From assembly GCF_009914755.1 (NCBI RefSeq), contig NC_060937.1: a stretch of DNA of 64,000 nucleotides; one strand, 5' to 3'. This document shows, in pieces, positions 1 through 14,108 of the stretch. The translations under genes and the position numbers were made by a program. Numbering within the stretch: position 1 is the first letter of the stretch; each line of letters opens with the position of its first letter. The notes beneath the pieces are model-generated. The model was not told the DNA's origin. It ran no database searches and saw only the letters and a program-made list of their open reading frames with translations. The stretch comes from the human T2T-CHM13v2.0 reference genome, Homo sapiens.

Positions 1-96
1 TGATTCAGTTACCTCCCACTGGGTCCCTCCCATGACATATGGGAATTGTGAGAACTACATATGAGACTTGGGTGGGGACACAGCCAAACCATATCA
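1..96 (-). mobile_element. THE1/MST-type MaLR LTR, partial (cut by window edge)
   Basis: Ends in GGGTGGGGACACAGCCAAACCATATCA, the reverse complement of the THE1/MST LTR start TGATATGGTTTGGCTGTGTCCCCACCC. Confidence 0.9.
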
Positions 97-1242
97 AAAG
101 CTAAGGCAGCCTTCTACAGAAAAAAAAAAGATGCCTCTAGAAATCCTGTTGTTATCTATTAAGCTGGGGATAAAACCTTCCCACTTAGTCAAAATGATGC
201 CATATTGATCATCATCGTGGCCCTGTTGGATCAGCCTGTGTGACCTATATTGTGGCAGTAATCCCTGATGGCCTACTTGTTTAGTTCATAACAAGGACTA
301 GCTCTCATATTTAAAAAGAGAAAACAATAAGTATAGACATAACACTACTTAAACTACACCTTGTTTTGGGAGTCTCGTCTAGTTCTCCAGGGATGGAAAA
401 AATTGAATTATGAGAAGCCTCACAGACTTCAATGGCTAATCTCCCATATATTTGTTTTAAAATATCCCTCTACCATGTAACATTATTTCAGAGTGATCTT
501 CTACTCAAGATAATCAGTTAAGTTGGGGGCAATTGAATGAATTAATGTCCACAAATTCCATAAACGAAATTAAAGCAAGTACATACAATACCAAGAACAA
601 TAGCATTTGGCAATTCATGTGTTATTAAAAATAGGCACAGATCTGTGAATTGAAAAAACTTGTCATAGAACCAAGAACACTCCAAGAAATTTTGATTTCT
701 TCAAAATATTTCCTCATTATCAAAAAAGTTGTTTTCTTATACTAATTTACATGGGATTTTGTACAGGGCCTCCTGGCCACATTTCCTGGAAAAGTTGATC
801 CTTCTGATAGTGTAGACTATGTGATCTGCCAAATACTATCCTATTGTATATTCTTTTCAATATTACAAATAACTTTATACCAACAGGTAATCTTTCCAAG
901 AAAACAGTGCTCATGTAGTGATCACATTGTGAAGGAAAAATATTGTTTTCCATAAAAGACATCATTAATTGGCCATTAATTTATTCCAACATTTGGAACA
1001 CCATGTGGGAATTATTTTTAAATTAGTTTGAAAACACAGGAGCATGGCTTCAATTCCACTTGCAATTTACAAGCACCTCCTCTACACCTAATTTAAAAAA
1101 CAAAATTTCTTGTAGTTACATTTCAGGGTTTGTTCAATTTTAACTGCCCAGTGTGGAAGCTAAAGGGGTCCTCTAAAAATCAAAACTGGCAGAAGAGATG
1201 AAAAACATTTTCTGGCTACCAGAGATGATCCCTACTGGGGGA

Positions 1243-1376
1243 GAGGGCATACAATTTATCATCCAAACCAGAACCATTTTTAGAATAAAAGGGAGGACTA
1301 GTATTATTAATTTACCTGGACAACAGGTATAAATCTGAACTGTCCCAGATAAGCCTGGGCATATGATCTCCCTATC
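1243..1376 (-). mobile_element. MER94-like hAT-Blackjack DNA transposon fossil
   Basis: ATTTATCATCCAAACCAG...GGACAACAGGTATAAATCTGAACTGTCCCAG...CATATGATCTCCCTA resembles recalled MER94 consensus. Confidence 0.65.
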
Positions 1377-3235
1377 CATACTCGACCTTCAATGAGGTCA
1401 ATATTTACAGGATTAATGCAGAAGCTTTAGAAAATGACACAGCAAGTTCTGACCTAATACTTACCTTCATTTGGAAACTTCTATTAAAATAATATAGATT
1501 TTGTGGGGGAGGACTGGCCCTTTATCGCAATCAGGACATACCTACAGGACACTGGAAATTACATAATAAAAGAGAAAAACTGTAAAGGCGTTATAGTTGG
1601 AGGGATCAGGGGTTGGTAACTTGAATGGGATTTGTCATTGTGTCTGATCAACAGAGAAATTATTTTCTTACTTAGCACATGAACTTAAAACTCTTCCCCT
1701 AGCTGCATCAGAAGAGATAGCACAAAGAACAAAAAGTGAAGTTGCATTAAAGATAAAGAAAGCTGCCTTCCCTGATTTCAAAGAAAATCAGACAGGCATC
1801 ACACTTGAGCATTACTATGGCATATTAACATATGAAAATCAATCTGTCTAATATACCACATTAATGAAATAAGGATAAAAAAGGATATAAATAAAGGATA
1901 AAATCATAATCATTCCAAAAGATGCAGAAAATACATTTAACAAAATCTAATACCCTTTTATATAAAGAATAGTCAATAAACTACAAATACAGGAGAACAT
2001 TCTCAACCTGAAAAAGGACATTAAGGAAAAACCCACAGCTAACATACTTACAAGTGAAAGCTTTCCCTCTAAGATCAAGAACAAAACAAAGATGCCCACT
2101 TTCACCACTTCTACTCAGTATTGTTCTGTGTGCTTTAGCTGTGCCCACTGGGCAAGAAAAAAAATAAAAGGCATCTCGGTTGGAACAAAAGAGGTAAAAC
2201 TACCTCATAATTCTAGGAAGCACACATACACACTATTAGAACTAATAAATGAGTTCAGCAATGTTACAGGATAAAAGATTAATAGCCAAAAATCAATTCT
2301 ATTTCTATGCACTGGAAATAAAAAATTCAAAAATGAAATGAAGACAAAGATTCCACTTATAATGACATCAGAAGGAATAAAATACAAACAAATTAAACAA
2401 AGGAGGCACAAGATACACACACTGGAAACTACAAAACATCAGTGAAAGAAATCAAAGACCTAAGTAAATTAAAACATCATTTGTTCATGAATTGGAAAAC
2501 TTAATGTTGTTAAGGCTCCATAAATTGATCTATCCTATTTAATTCAATTGCTATCAAAATCCTCACTTCTATTTTGCATAAATTGAAAATTTGCTCTCAA
2601 AATGAATTTGGAAATTTAAAGAACCAGAACAGCAAAAGCAATCTTGAAAAAAAAAAATAAAGTTGGAAGACTCACATTTCCTGATTTCAAATTTTGCAAC
2701 AAATCTACAGTATTTAAGACAGTGTAGTATTGGCATAGAATAGATATGTTAATCAATAGAATTGAACTGGTAATTAAGATATAGACTCATAGTTTTGTGA
2801 TATATAAATTACAACAAAAGTGCCACAACAATTCACTAGAGAAAGAATAGTCTTTCCAACAAATAATGCTGAGATAACTGGATATTCACGTGTAAAAGAA
2901 AAAACTGAACTCTTATCTCACAGCATATACAAAATTTAACTCAAAATGGATCAAAGACCTTAATGTAAGAGTTAAAACTATAAAAGTCTCAGAAGAAATC
3001 ACAAGCACAAATCTTAATGAACTTGGATTTGGCAATGGTTTCTTAGATATGACACCAAAAGCACTAGCAACCAAAAAATAATAATAAGCTGGACATAAGA
3101 AAAATTTAAAACCGTTGTTCTTCAAAGGAAACTAGCAAAAATTGAAAAAAGAACTCACAAAATGAATAAAATGTTTGCATATCACATGTCCGAAAAAGGA
3201 CGGGTATCCAGAATGTACAAAGAGCTCTCACATCT

Positions 3236-3714
3236 TGTCTTAATCAATTTGTGCTGCTAAACTGAAATATCACAAACTAGATCATTTATTAGGTTGGTGC
3301 AAAAGTCATCACAGTTTTTGACATTAAAAGTAATAGCAAAAACTGCAATTACTTTTGGACCAACCTTTTTTATTAGGAGCAGGAATTTATTTTTTTTTAA
3401 CAGTTCTGTAGGCCGAAAGTCCAAGCTCAAGCACTGGTAGGTTTGTTGTCTGTTGAGGGTCCGGTCTCTGCTTCCAAAATGGTGCCTTGAATGCTGCATC
3501 CTCCAGAGGGGATGAACACTGTGTCCTCACAAGGCAGAAGGCGGAAGAGCAAAAAGGGATGAACTTTCTCCAAAAAGCCCTTTTATAAGGGCACCTATTT
3601 TCATTCACAAGGGAGGAGCTCTCATGGCCTAATCACCTCTTTAAGGCCCCAACTCTTTATACTATCACATTACCAACACCTGAATTTTGGAGGGAACACA
3701 TTCAAACTATAACA
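3236..3714 (-). mobile_element. MLT1A/MST-type MaLR solo LTR inserted in L1
   Basis: TGTCTTAATCAATTTGTGCTGCT start and GGAACACATTCAAACTATAACA end; L1 sequence resumes on both sides. Confidence 0.85.
3289..3368. mobile_element. MADE1 (Hsmar1-derived MITE)
   Basis: About 80-bp palindrome TTAGGTTGGTGCAAAAGT...ACTTTTGGACCAACC, preceded by TA. Confidence 0.92.
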
Positions 3715-4769
3715 TCTCAACTTAAAAAAAAAAAAAAAGAAAAGAAAAAACAACAACATACAACCTGATTTTTAACATGGGCAAAGGATATTAATACCTC
3801 TTTCTCCAAAGAAGTTTACAAAAGAGCAATAAGTACACAGAAATCATTAGTCATTAGGAGAATGCAATCCATGAGATACCACTTCACACTGGCTAGGATC
3901 ACTATATCACAAAGTTAGACAAAATACAGTGGAAAAATGGGAGCCTTCATGCTTCATCAGTGGTGAGAATGTAAAATGGCACAGCCACTTTAGAAACCAG
4001 CGTGTTAGTTCCCCAAATCATCAAGCATCAAGTTACCTTATGACCACAAAATTCCACTCCTTAGTATATACCTGAGAAATGAAAATATACGCCCACACAA
4101 AAACATGTACACAAATGTTCATAGCAGCATTATTCATAATAGACAAACATGAAAGCAACCCAAATGTGTGTCAACAGATAAATGGATTTTTAAAATGTGG
4201 TATATCCATGCAATTGAATATTATTCAGCCACGCAAAAGCAGGAAGTATGGATACATGCTGCAACATGGAGGAATCAGGAAAACATTATGTTCAGTAAAG
4301 GAAGACAGACACAAAAGGCTACATATTGTATGATTTATATGAAATGTCCAGAATAAGCAAATCCATACAGCCCAAAAGTATATTGCTTTCTGGGGCCTGA
4401 GGCAAGAGGAGATTGGGGGAGATATCCTGCTAATAGTGATGAGATTTCTTTTTGGAATGATGAAATGTTCTGGAAATAGTAGCGATTGGTGTTCAGCTTT
4501 GTGAATACTAAAAACAACCTAATTGTATATTTTAAAATGCTGACTTTTATGGTATTTGAATCATATCTTAATTTTTAAAATTTACTTACAAAGTCTTCAT
4601 GAAAATAATTTCTGTGTTTCTGTATAATGATCAGGACAGGTAAAGAAATAAAACATATTTGGATGTTACCTATGCTCTGATAGAAATCTGTACAAAGTAG
4701 TGGGGATAAAGGAGTTGGTCATAGAGAAAGGACTGGAAAATTCTACTTAGTTGTGGGAGGACAGTAATT

Positions 4770-5230
4770 AAGGTGTCCATAGAGAAGGTGGAACATAAAC
4801 TGAGTCTTGCCAGGTGAGTAGATGAAGTAGAAAAGCAGTATCTTCCAGCAAGAAAGAGTAGCTTAAATAGTCTGGGCATAAATTTAGGGAAGGTAGAGCA
4901 ATGAGACAAGGAAGGAGAAGTCGTCAGACTTACAAGTAAGTCATGCTAAGGATTTTAGATTTTATTCTGAGGGCAGTTGGGTACCATTGTAGTTAAAACC
5001 TACAAAATAAAAATGATTACCTGAGTATTAGAAAGCTCATTCTGCCAGAAATGGGAGCGATATCAACAGAAAACCAATTGCAGATAGGAGCACCTGTTAG
5101 GATTGTACAGCAATAATTTAGGCAGGAGGTGATGTGGCTTCATACTAAAGCAATGGCTTTAGAGGAGAAAGATTCCAGACAGTACAGCTGTGGAACTGAT
5201 AGGACAGAGTTGTCAGTTGAATGTACATGT
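4770..5230 (-). mobile_element. L2 fragment
   Basis: Degenerate L2 motifs such as AAGGATTTTAGATTTTATTCTGAGGGCAGTTGGG and AGGCAGGAGGTGATG. Confidence 0.6.
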
Positions 5231-6264
5231 GTAGAGTATGGAAGTTTCTGATGGTTTTAGGTGGCTGTAATCTTCACAAAACCAAGGAAAGAGAGTAGAT
5301 CTTCAGAAACGTAATATGATCACAAGAAAAATTAACACTGCTACAGCACAATAGTCCTTCATGGTTGAAAGACACTGTGTAGTGAAAACTAAATGGACTC
5401 AAAAGAACTAAGACATGCAGAGAGTCTGGCATTTCTAGTAGCTTAATTTCTAACAGTAAATTCTATTCTGAAAACACAGGAAAGGGAAACAGGAATAAAG
5501 TGGATAATTATATATAAAATAGAAAAATATATATTTCTATATAATTACATATTTATGTGTATTTATATATATTAAACATATAAGTTTAATTTTGGCACTT
5601 CCATTCTTTATCTAGCCTCATTCAGCCTGACTTTCAGAACAGCAATAACAAAATGGTAAGCATTACACCAGTGAGAATCCTGATGTCTCATGAAAGTGAA
5701 GTCTACAATTTTAACATTAGGCATTTCTAAGATACATAGACCATTTAAAGAGCAGGAATGTAGTTAAATACTTAATCTCACTCTCAGTTCTTCTCTCTGC
5801 AGTTTTCTGTTTTCAATTATGCCTTGAAAAAGAGGCACATATAACTGAGAAGGGAATGTGTATAAAAAATCAAAATGTGAACCTTTGTATTATGTGTACT
5901 TATGTCTTTCTTTCCTGAATGCCCTTCTAGTTTCTCCAACACATAATTGTCAGAGTCTATATGCTGCTCCATATTCTATTCAGTTATTCTTATATTCTTG
6001 AGACTCCCTGCAAGACTTTAAATGATGATTTAATATCTAAAATATTGCATTAAGCATAAAGTATTTATTGATGTTTTAAATGAACACCTGTGAATAGATT
6101 AAAATAACCACCATGAAAATAAAACCTGTCCACAGAAGAGGCATTTAAATTGGTTGCTCTAATTACTGAAAACTGTATCGAAGACAGCAGTAAAAAGATT
6201 TTAATTTTGGAAATATCAAAATTACATTTTAAGTGATCAGATGATCTGATTAAAACACTTTACA

Positions 6265-6581
<317 letters not shown>

Positions 6582-8189
6582 AAAATGCTTTACAGAATAC
6601 ATTAACTTTAATAAAAGTACGGTAAAAGATAGAGTTAAGGAACATTTATTAGTATGTGATAAACTAAGACCTCATCACCATTTCCTGCTCTCAGCTCATG
6701 TTTCAAGAGCCAAGAGAGACAAGGTGAGAGAAAGTGAGGGGAAAAGCTGGGAAGATGTCTTAACTTGGATGTAATTTATCCCTCTTTACATCCTTCCACC
6801 TTCATCTATCTCTTTTTTCTCTGTGTACTTTTCAGAAAGGTGGCAAGATAGAGCCCTAAGACAGGGCTCCAGTAAAAATTAAAATGATCCTGAAAAATGA
6901 TGAAATTAAAGCAGGATGACTGCACTCCTTGACTTATGTAAAGTTTATTCAAACCTGACTTGCTCTCCTTTGAACCTGGTAGTGCATGGATTTCTTAATG
7001 ATGTGCAAATTAAAAGGACTTTATCAAAGACTCGATAAGCCTGTGGTCAATGCAAAAAGAACTGAAGGAAATTCTATAATAATTTCAGGGAAAAGATGCA
7101 ATATACTGCACCATGTACGTCTAGAACAAACAAAAAAACCAGCTGAATAGTTAAAATGATTCCATTTCACCTGAATAATCACCCTGGCATAATACCAAAA
7201 TTAGATATCTTTGTTTAGCCTCCTCGATATTTAAGCTCCCTTCCTTAGATTAACAATTGGGAAAAAGAGCTTTTGTTTCTGTAGAATTAGATACCAAAGC
7301 ATTATGTTTTGGGGAACATGCCAGTGGATATCTCTCACTGTGGTTCTAGGCAATAATGTAAATAAATTAGGATTATTTGAATTGTGATATTAGAAGAGTG
7401 ATTTCTCATTTCAATCATATTACCTAGAAATAGTTTCTCCCTAAGTCTGGGACAGAAAGATAAGTAAGTTGATTTCAGAGTCACTTAAGGTCATCAGCAA
7501 TGTAGATAAAAGTGTTCACCTGGAAATGCATGTAAGTGAGAAGCAAAAATAAGGTAGAATATTCAAAGGCAACACCACAAAATAACTAGAAGAGAATATA
7601 GAGAAGAACACAAAGGAAGATGTTTAGGAAACTCAAAAACTTAGAAGTCAGGTGAGATGAGCACGTGCCACATTTTCTTCCTTGTATTTCAGCAATCCAG
7701 AATGTGAACTGTTTGGGGAATGTGCCATTGTGCGAGTCCTACTCACCCAACTTGGCAGGGTCCATTCTCAGCACAGAAAATTGCAGAGCATATTTATTTA
7801 TTCCTCCAATTCTGGAAGCCAGGCTGGAAACAATGACCTATGCTCAGGAAACTAGAGGTTCCCAAGCAGGAATCTGGATTGGGAGCAAGTAACACAAATA
7901 AGCAGGCAGGGTTTAGGCTTCCTCCCTTAGGACAGTGGCTTGGGCACCCTGTGCTCTGCAGTGGGGACAGCAGCACTGCCCGACCCGCTTTCCCAGTGGC
8001 AAGACCTGAGCTAAGGATTGAAATACCCAGTCTCAGTAATTCCTAGCATTTTCTGACTGTTTCTCAAGGCCTGCCATTGACCCTCTGAGCCACTCATATC
8101 CTTCCAAAGAATGCCTTCTCTGCTCCTCTGTTAAAAACTAGTTTGGAGTTTTACAACAGTGACAGAAGTCAAACGTGAGACACTTCCAA

Positions 8190-8240
8190 GTGTGGGACCC
8201 TATGCAATTGTGCAGGTTGCATGTCCTTGAAGCTGGTCCC
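8190..8240 (-). mobile_element. MER91-like hAT terminal fragment
   Basis: GGGACCCTATGCAATTGTGCAGGTTGCATGTCCTTGAAGCTGGTCC is the reverse complement of the recalled MER91 5' end. Confidence 0.55.
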
Positions 8241-9699
8241 ACTAGTACATCACAGAAAGAAAGGCACTCATTAATAATAATTAGATTGGGTGTCAGGGGT
8301 GGGTGAAATCCCTGAAAATGTGAATCTTCAGTGCTTTATCGTGTGTGAGTGCTTGGTAGCCAATGGATGTTACAGTCAGGATCAAGCTATCTAATAAAAC
8401 TCATTTAAACCTAACTGAATTGCCAGGGCACTAGTAAGGTTTGGCTGAATTTGCTGTGTCTTCAGAAAATAAAGATTTTTCTTCTGTGCACACATCTAAT
8501 TTGGAATTTTCTTGGGTATGATTTATGAACTTTGAGACAGAAAAATAAAAATTGAGTCAAAGGCATTTTAAAAGGTCCAAGCCTAACTCTACCCATGAGA
8601 GAGCCACATGCAGTTGTGCCATTTATTCTGCCACCGAGAGATGGCCATGCATCCACAGCATCGCCACAGAGCTGCTATTGACACTTCGTTCATGGGTGCT
8701 CTCCAGAGATAAACCTGTTAGTGCCCAACACACTCAGCCAAAGTACAAGCTAGGCTCAACCAGCCCACCTACTTTTTTAGGGAAAGCTCTCCATTTAGAT
8801 TCCTATCCTAATAAAACTGTCCAGACTTGATATGGTCACCATAAATTTTGTGTATGAGCTTGAAATTCCTGAGATTTGGTATATAGAAGAAAAATCTCAT
8901 AAAATGGATAACAAAGTGAGAAAATTCTGGTACCAATGCCCCAAATCATCTGGCCTGGCAGCATGTCAGTCATGCCCAGGTGCCACTCACTGACTTGGTG
9001 CTACCCCAGCTGACCTGTGCAGGCTCAGGAAATGAATGAATGTCTAACAACATGCATATAGTCAAAGTAGATATTGTTATGCATTCTGTCGTCAAACAAA
9101 AGCCTTATGTTTAGCTCCCAGAAATTTTTCGACCAAGTTTCACAATTTTTATGTTAATGAAAAGGATGGGGGAAGGAAATCTGCAGAGATGTCAGTGGCA
9201 TGTCAAAGGGAGTGGCAGTGGCAGGTCAGAACACCCTTGTAGTGACATGGACAAAGCTTTCCACCATGCACATAGTCTTTCAACACAGCAACATCTTAGC
9301 AGACACATCCGAAGAAACAAGCTCTGCTCTGCAATCAGAAACATTAAAAAAAAAAATAAGCTGCTCCCTGGCCCACTGGCAGAGCTACTGAGATTTTCAG
9401 TTCAGAACAGAAAGATTGTTTAGGTGCCTACTTGGCCTCTTCCTCTGTCTCCTACAACCTCATTGAGTAGATGTTGGTTTATTCAAATTAGTACATAATT
9501 GAAAGCAGCTGCTACTTCATAGGTGACTGGAAGTCCTAACAGTCTCTGGGAAACATGCAAAATTAACTGAGTTCACATAATTCAATATTCATTTTTTATT
9601 ATTCATCTTTATTAAATTAATTTTAATTACATAAATAACTATCTTTATGGAACACCTAGTACACATGAGGCATCATAGTACCAAATACCAAATCATTTT

Positions 9700-9850
9700 C
9701 CTGTATTCATTTAATCCTCCCAACGTTCTGTGAGCTAAATATTATGACAATCAAAAATGTAAAAACCTGAATGTGGAGAAGATATGTAATTGATCTAAAA
9801 TCACACTAATGAATGGAAGCGGGAAGATGCAAACCCAGTTATTGATGTTC
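9700..9850 (-). mobile_element. MIR fragment
   Basis: CATTTAATCCTCCCAAC...GTAATTGATCTAAAATCACAC...ATGCAAACCCAG core. Confidence 0.6.
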
Positions 9851-9999
9851 TTAAAGCTGTTTTTTGCTACCTTCAACACGTGTGGAATATTTCTTATCTA
9901 CAAAGCATCATGATAGGAACTGAAAAAAAATTAATGTGAAGAAAGATTCTAAGCTTCCAGGAGCTTTTAATATAGTGAGAAGCAGACAAGAACATCTCA

Positions 10000-11230
10000 G
10001 ACATATTCAACTGACTCCTGACAAAGGTCTAAAGACAATTCAACAGAGAAAAAATAGTCTTTTCAACAAATGGTTCTTGAACAACTAGATATCTGTTTGC
10101 AAAAATTTTAAAGTAAGCCTCAATCCATATCTCACACTGCATACAAAAGGTAATTCAAAATGGATCATAGGCATGAATGTAAAACCTAAAAGTATAAAAC
10201 CTCTAGAAGAAAACACAGGAAAAGCCCTTGTGGCTTGGTTAGATGAAGATTTCTTAGATAAAATACCAAGATTTCCATCTGTAAAAATAAACAAATGGGT
10301 ACATTCATCAAAAATTAAACTTCATCAAAATTAAAAACTTTAGCTGTTATTAAACAAAAAAGATAGGGTTAAGCCAATGAAAAGAGCAGGCACAGATCAG
10401 GAGAAAATACTTGCAAAATACATATCTGAGAAATGGCTTGTATCCCAACTATATTTATAAATATATACTCAATAACAAGAAAACAAACAACTCAATAAAA
10501 ATAAATGGGCAAAATATGTGACAGGCACTTCACAAAAAAAGTTATACAGATATCCAAGAAGCACATGAAAATATGACATTAATCATTAGGTCAAATCAAA
10601 TTAAAGCCACAGTGATATGTCAGTACATACTTTTTAGAATGGCTAGTTTTATTTTTTCTAATGACAATACTAAAGTGTTGAAAGGAGTTTGGCAGTTTCT
10701 TATGAAGTTAAATATATACTTATGATATGACTCAAGAATCCCACTCCTAGGTATTTACTCTAGAGAAATAAAAACTTGTATTTACACAACACTTGTATGT
10801 AAATGTTTTCTATGGATTTATTCATAATCTCCAAAAATGGGAAACAACATTAATCTCCATGAAACTTACGAATGGATAAACAAATTTTGTTATGCCCACA
10901 GAGTAGAATTCAGTTTATGAATAAAAGTTAGCAAATCATGGATGTACACAATAACCATATGAATATCAAGAACATTATATTAAGTAAAATTAGCCAGATT
11001 TTTAAAACTGTGCAATGTATGATTCCACTTATATGACACTGTAGAACATGAAAAACTAGAAAGACAGAAAGCAGATTAGTGGTTTCCAGGGGTTAGGAAT
11101 GGGGAAAGATGCTCACTACACACTTTGGGGTGATGGATATATATTCTCTACCTCAGTTTTGATGGTGATTCACAATCCATAGAACTGTATACCAAAAAAG
11201 GTGAATTTTGCTGGATATTAATTATATGTG
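10000..11230 (+). mobile_element. Old L1 (L1MC/MD/ME-like), ORF2 end and 3'UTR
   Basis: AATAGTCTTTTCAACAAATGG, AATCCCACTCCTAGGTATTTAC and GCAGATTAGTGGTTTCCAGGGG motifs. Confidence 0.85.
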
Positions 11231-11447
11231 TGAAAACCTGCAATTAAATGTTCAGCATGCCTAAAACTGAGGCCATTCTGTTTCTCACTGAGCTTTGCTC
11301 CTCACTGAAAAGCACCACTTCCTATTCACCTGTCTTCAAAGGATGGCTCTTCCTACTGAAATAAAAAATGGATACACAACACACAAAAATCTATGGGATA
11401 CAGCAAAAGCAGTACTAAGAAAGAAGTTTGTAAAACAAACACTTCTT

Positions 11448-11622
11448 TTTTTATTATTATTATACTTTAAGTTTTAGGGTACATGTGCACAATGTGCAGG
11501 TTAGTTACATATGTATACATGTGCCATGCTGGTGTGCTGCACCCATTAACTCGTCATTTAGCATTAGGTATATCTCCTAATGCTATCCCTCCCCGCTCTC
11601 CCTACCCCACAACAGTCCCCAG
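11448..11622 (-). mobile_element. Young 5'-truncated L1PA (L1PA2/3-like) 3' end
   Basis: Near-consensus L1 3'UTR with GACGAGTTA (GAG rather than the Ta ACA); perfect TSD AAACACTTCTT at 11437-11447 and 11623-11633. Confidence 0.95.
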
Positions 11623-14046
11623 AAACACTTCTTGTATTACAAAACTAGAAAGACTTCAAACAAACAACCTAAAAATGCACTGCAAGGCCTAGAAAAGCAA
11701 GGACAAACCAAACCCAAAATTAGTATAAGGAAATAAATAATACAGATTAAAGCAGAAATAAATAAAACTGAGACTTAAAAGATCAATGAAATAAGTTGGT
11801 TTTTTGAAAAGATGAGCCAAATTGATAGCTACCCTAAGAAAAAAGGAGAGAATACCCAAATAAATAAAAATCAGAGATGAAAAAGGAGAGCTAATAACTG
11901 AGACCATAGAAATATAAAGAATACCCAGAGAATATTATTACAAACTATTCATCAACAAATTGGAAAAGCAGGAAATGAATAAATTCCTGGACACATATCA
12001 CCTACAAAATTGAACCATAAAGAATCAGAAAACATCAATAAATTAATAACAAGTAATGCAACTGAAGCCATAAAAAGTCTCCCATCAAAGAAAAGCCTAG
12101 AACCTAATGGTTTTACTGCTGAATTCTATCAAACTTTTAAAGAGGAAATAATACCAATTCTTTTCAAACTATTCCAAAACATAAAGAGGAGGGAATACTT
12201 TCAAATTCATTCTATGAGGACAGCATTACCCTGATACCAACACCAGAGAAGGATACAACTAAGAAAAGAAAACTACAAGCCAATATTATTGATGAGTATA
12301 AATGCAAAATTCTTAACAAAATACTAGCAAACCAAATTCAACAACACATTAAGAAGAGCATTCATCATGATCAAGTGGGATTCATCTCTGGAATGCAAGG
12401 ATGGTCCAACAAATGGGAATCAATAAATGTGATACATCAGATTAACAGAACCAACTAGAGAAACCATATGATTCCTTCAATAGAAGCTGAAAAAGCATTT
12501 GATAAAGTTCAACATCTGTTTATGATAAAAACCTTCATTAAACCGGATATAGAAGGAACATACATCACAATAATAAAGACCGCATATGCCAAACCCACAA
12601 CTAATATCATACTGAATGGGGAAAAATTGAAGGCCTTTTTTTTCTGAGAGCTGGAACAAGATATAATCCCCACTTTCACCACTTTTATTCAACATAGCAC
12701 TGGAAGTCCTGGACAGAAGAATTAGACAAGAGAAAAAAATAAAGGTCATCTTAATTGGAAAGGAAAAGGTCAAATTAGCCTTGCTTGCAGATAACATGAT
12801 CTTATACTTAGAAAGAAAACACAAAGACTCCACCAAAAACTCTTATAACTGATCAACAAATTTGGGAAAATTGCAAGATACAAAATCAGTATATAAAAAT
12901 CAGTAGCACTTACCTATACCAACAGCAGACAACCTGAAAAATCAAGAAAACAATGCCATTTACAAGAGCTACAAAGAATATAAAATACCTACAAATATAT
13001 TTAACCCAGAAAGTAAAAGATCTTTACCAGGAAAATGGTAAAACACTAATGAAAGAAATTAAACAGGACACACGAAAAATGAAAAGAACATTTCATGCTC
13101 ATGAATTGAAAGAATCAATATTGCTAAAATGTCCATACTATCCAAAGCAATCTACAGATTCAGTGCAATCTCTATCAAAATGCCAATGATATTTTTCACA
13201 GAAATAGAAGAAACAATCCTAAAATTTGTATGGAACCATAAAAGACCCCAAATAACCAAAACAATCCTGTGGGAAAAAAAAAAAAAACAAAGCTGGAGGC
13301 ATCACACTACCTGGATTTCAAAATTTATTCCAAAACTGTAGTATTTAAAGCAGCATTGTCTGGCATAAAAAACAGACACATAGACCAATGGAACACAATA
13401 AAGAACCCAGGGATAAATCCATGCATTTACAGCCAAATCATCTTTGATGAAGGTACCTAGAACATACAATGGGGAAAGGACAGCATCTTTGATAAGTAGT
13501 GTTGCTCCCATGGTGCTGGATAACTATAAGTCAGCAGAATGAAACTGGATCCATATCTCTCAATATATACAAAAATAAAGTAAAAATAGATTAATGTCTT
13601 AAATCTAAGACCCAAAACTCTGAAACTAGAAGAAAACATTAGGGAAGTGCTCCAGAACAGTGGTCTGGGAAAGATTTTTTTTTAATATAAGACCTTAAAA
13701 GCACAAGCAACCAAATCAAAAATAGACACATGGGATTATGTCAGCTGAAAAGTTCCTGAACAGCAAATGAAAAAATCAACAAAGTGAAGAAACAACCTAT
13801 AGAATGGGAGAAAATATTTGCATACTACCCATCTTACAAGGGACTAATAACCAGAATATATAAGGAACTCAAACAACTCATTTACAAAAAAAAAAAAACC
13901 CACAACAAAAAATCTAATTTAAAAATGGACAAAAGATATGAATAGACGTTTCTCAACAGAAGACATACAAATAGCCAACAGGTTTATGAACAGATGCTCA
14001 ACATCACTAATCATCACAGATATGCAAATCGAAACTACAATGAGAG

Positions 14047-14108
14047 GACTGCTCTGCCTACGAGGTAGTCATTCTTTATTCATTTACTTTCCTCAAAAAA
14101 CAAAAACA
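14047..14108 (+). mobile_element. Short A-tailed retrocopy of an ERV1 (MER41-like) LTR segment
   Basis: Perfect 15-bp TSD AAACTACAATGAGAG (14032-14046, 14109-14123); insert GACTGCTCTGCCTACGAGGTAGTCATTCTTTATTCATTTACTTTC plus A-rich tail. Confidence 0.75.

Larger units (their letters stand above)
1825..4580 (+). mobile_element. Old L1 (L1MB-like), degraded ORF2 plus 3'UTR, interrupted by a MaLR LTR at 3236-3714
   Basis: ORF2-like motifs (GATGCAGAAAA..., CCTCTAAGATCAAGAACAAAACAAAGATGCCC; translated THTKTCTQMFIAALFII, KMWYIHAIEYYSA); L1MB-type 3' end near 4300-4580; many stops and indels. Confidence 0.9.
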
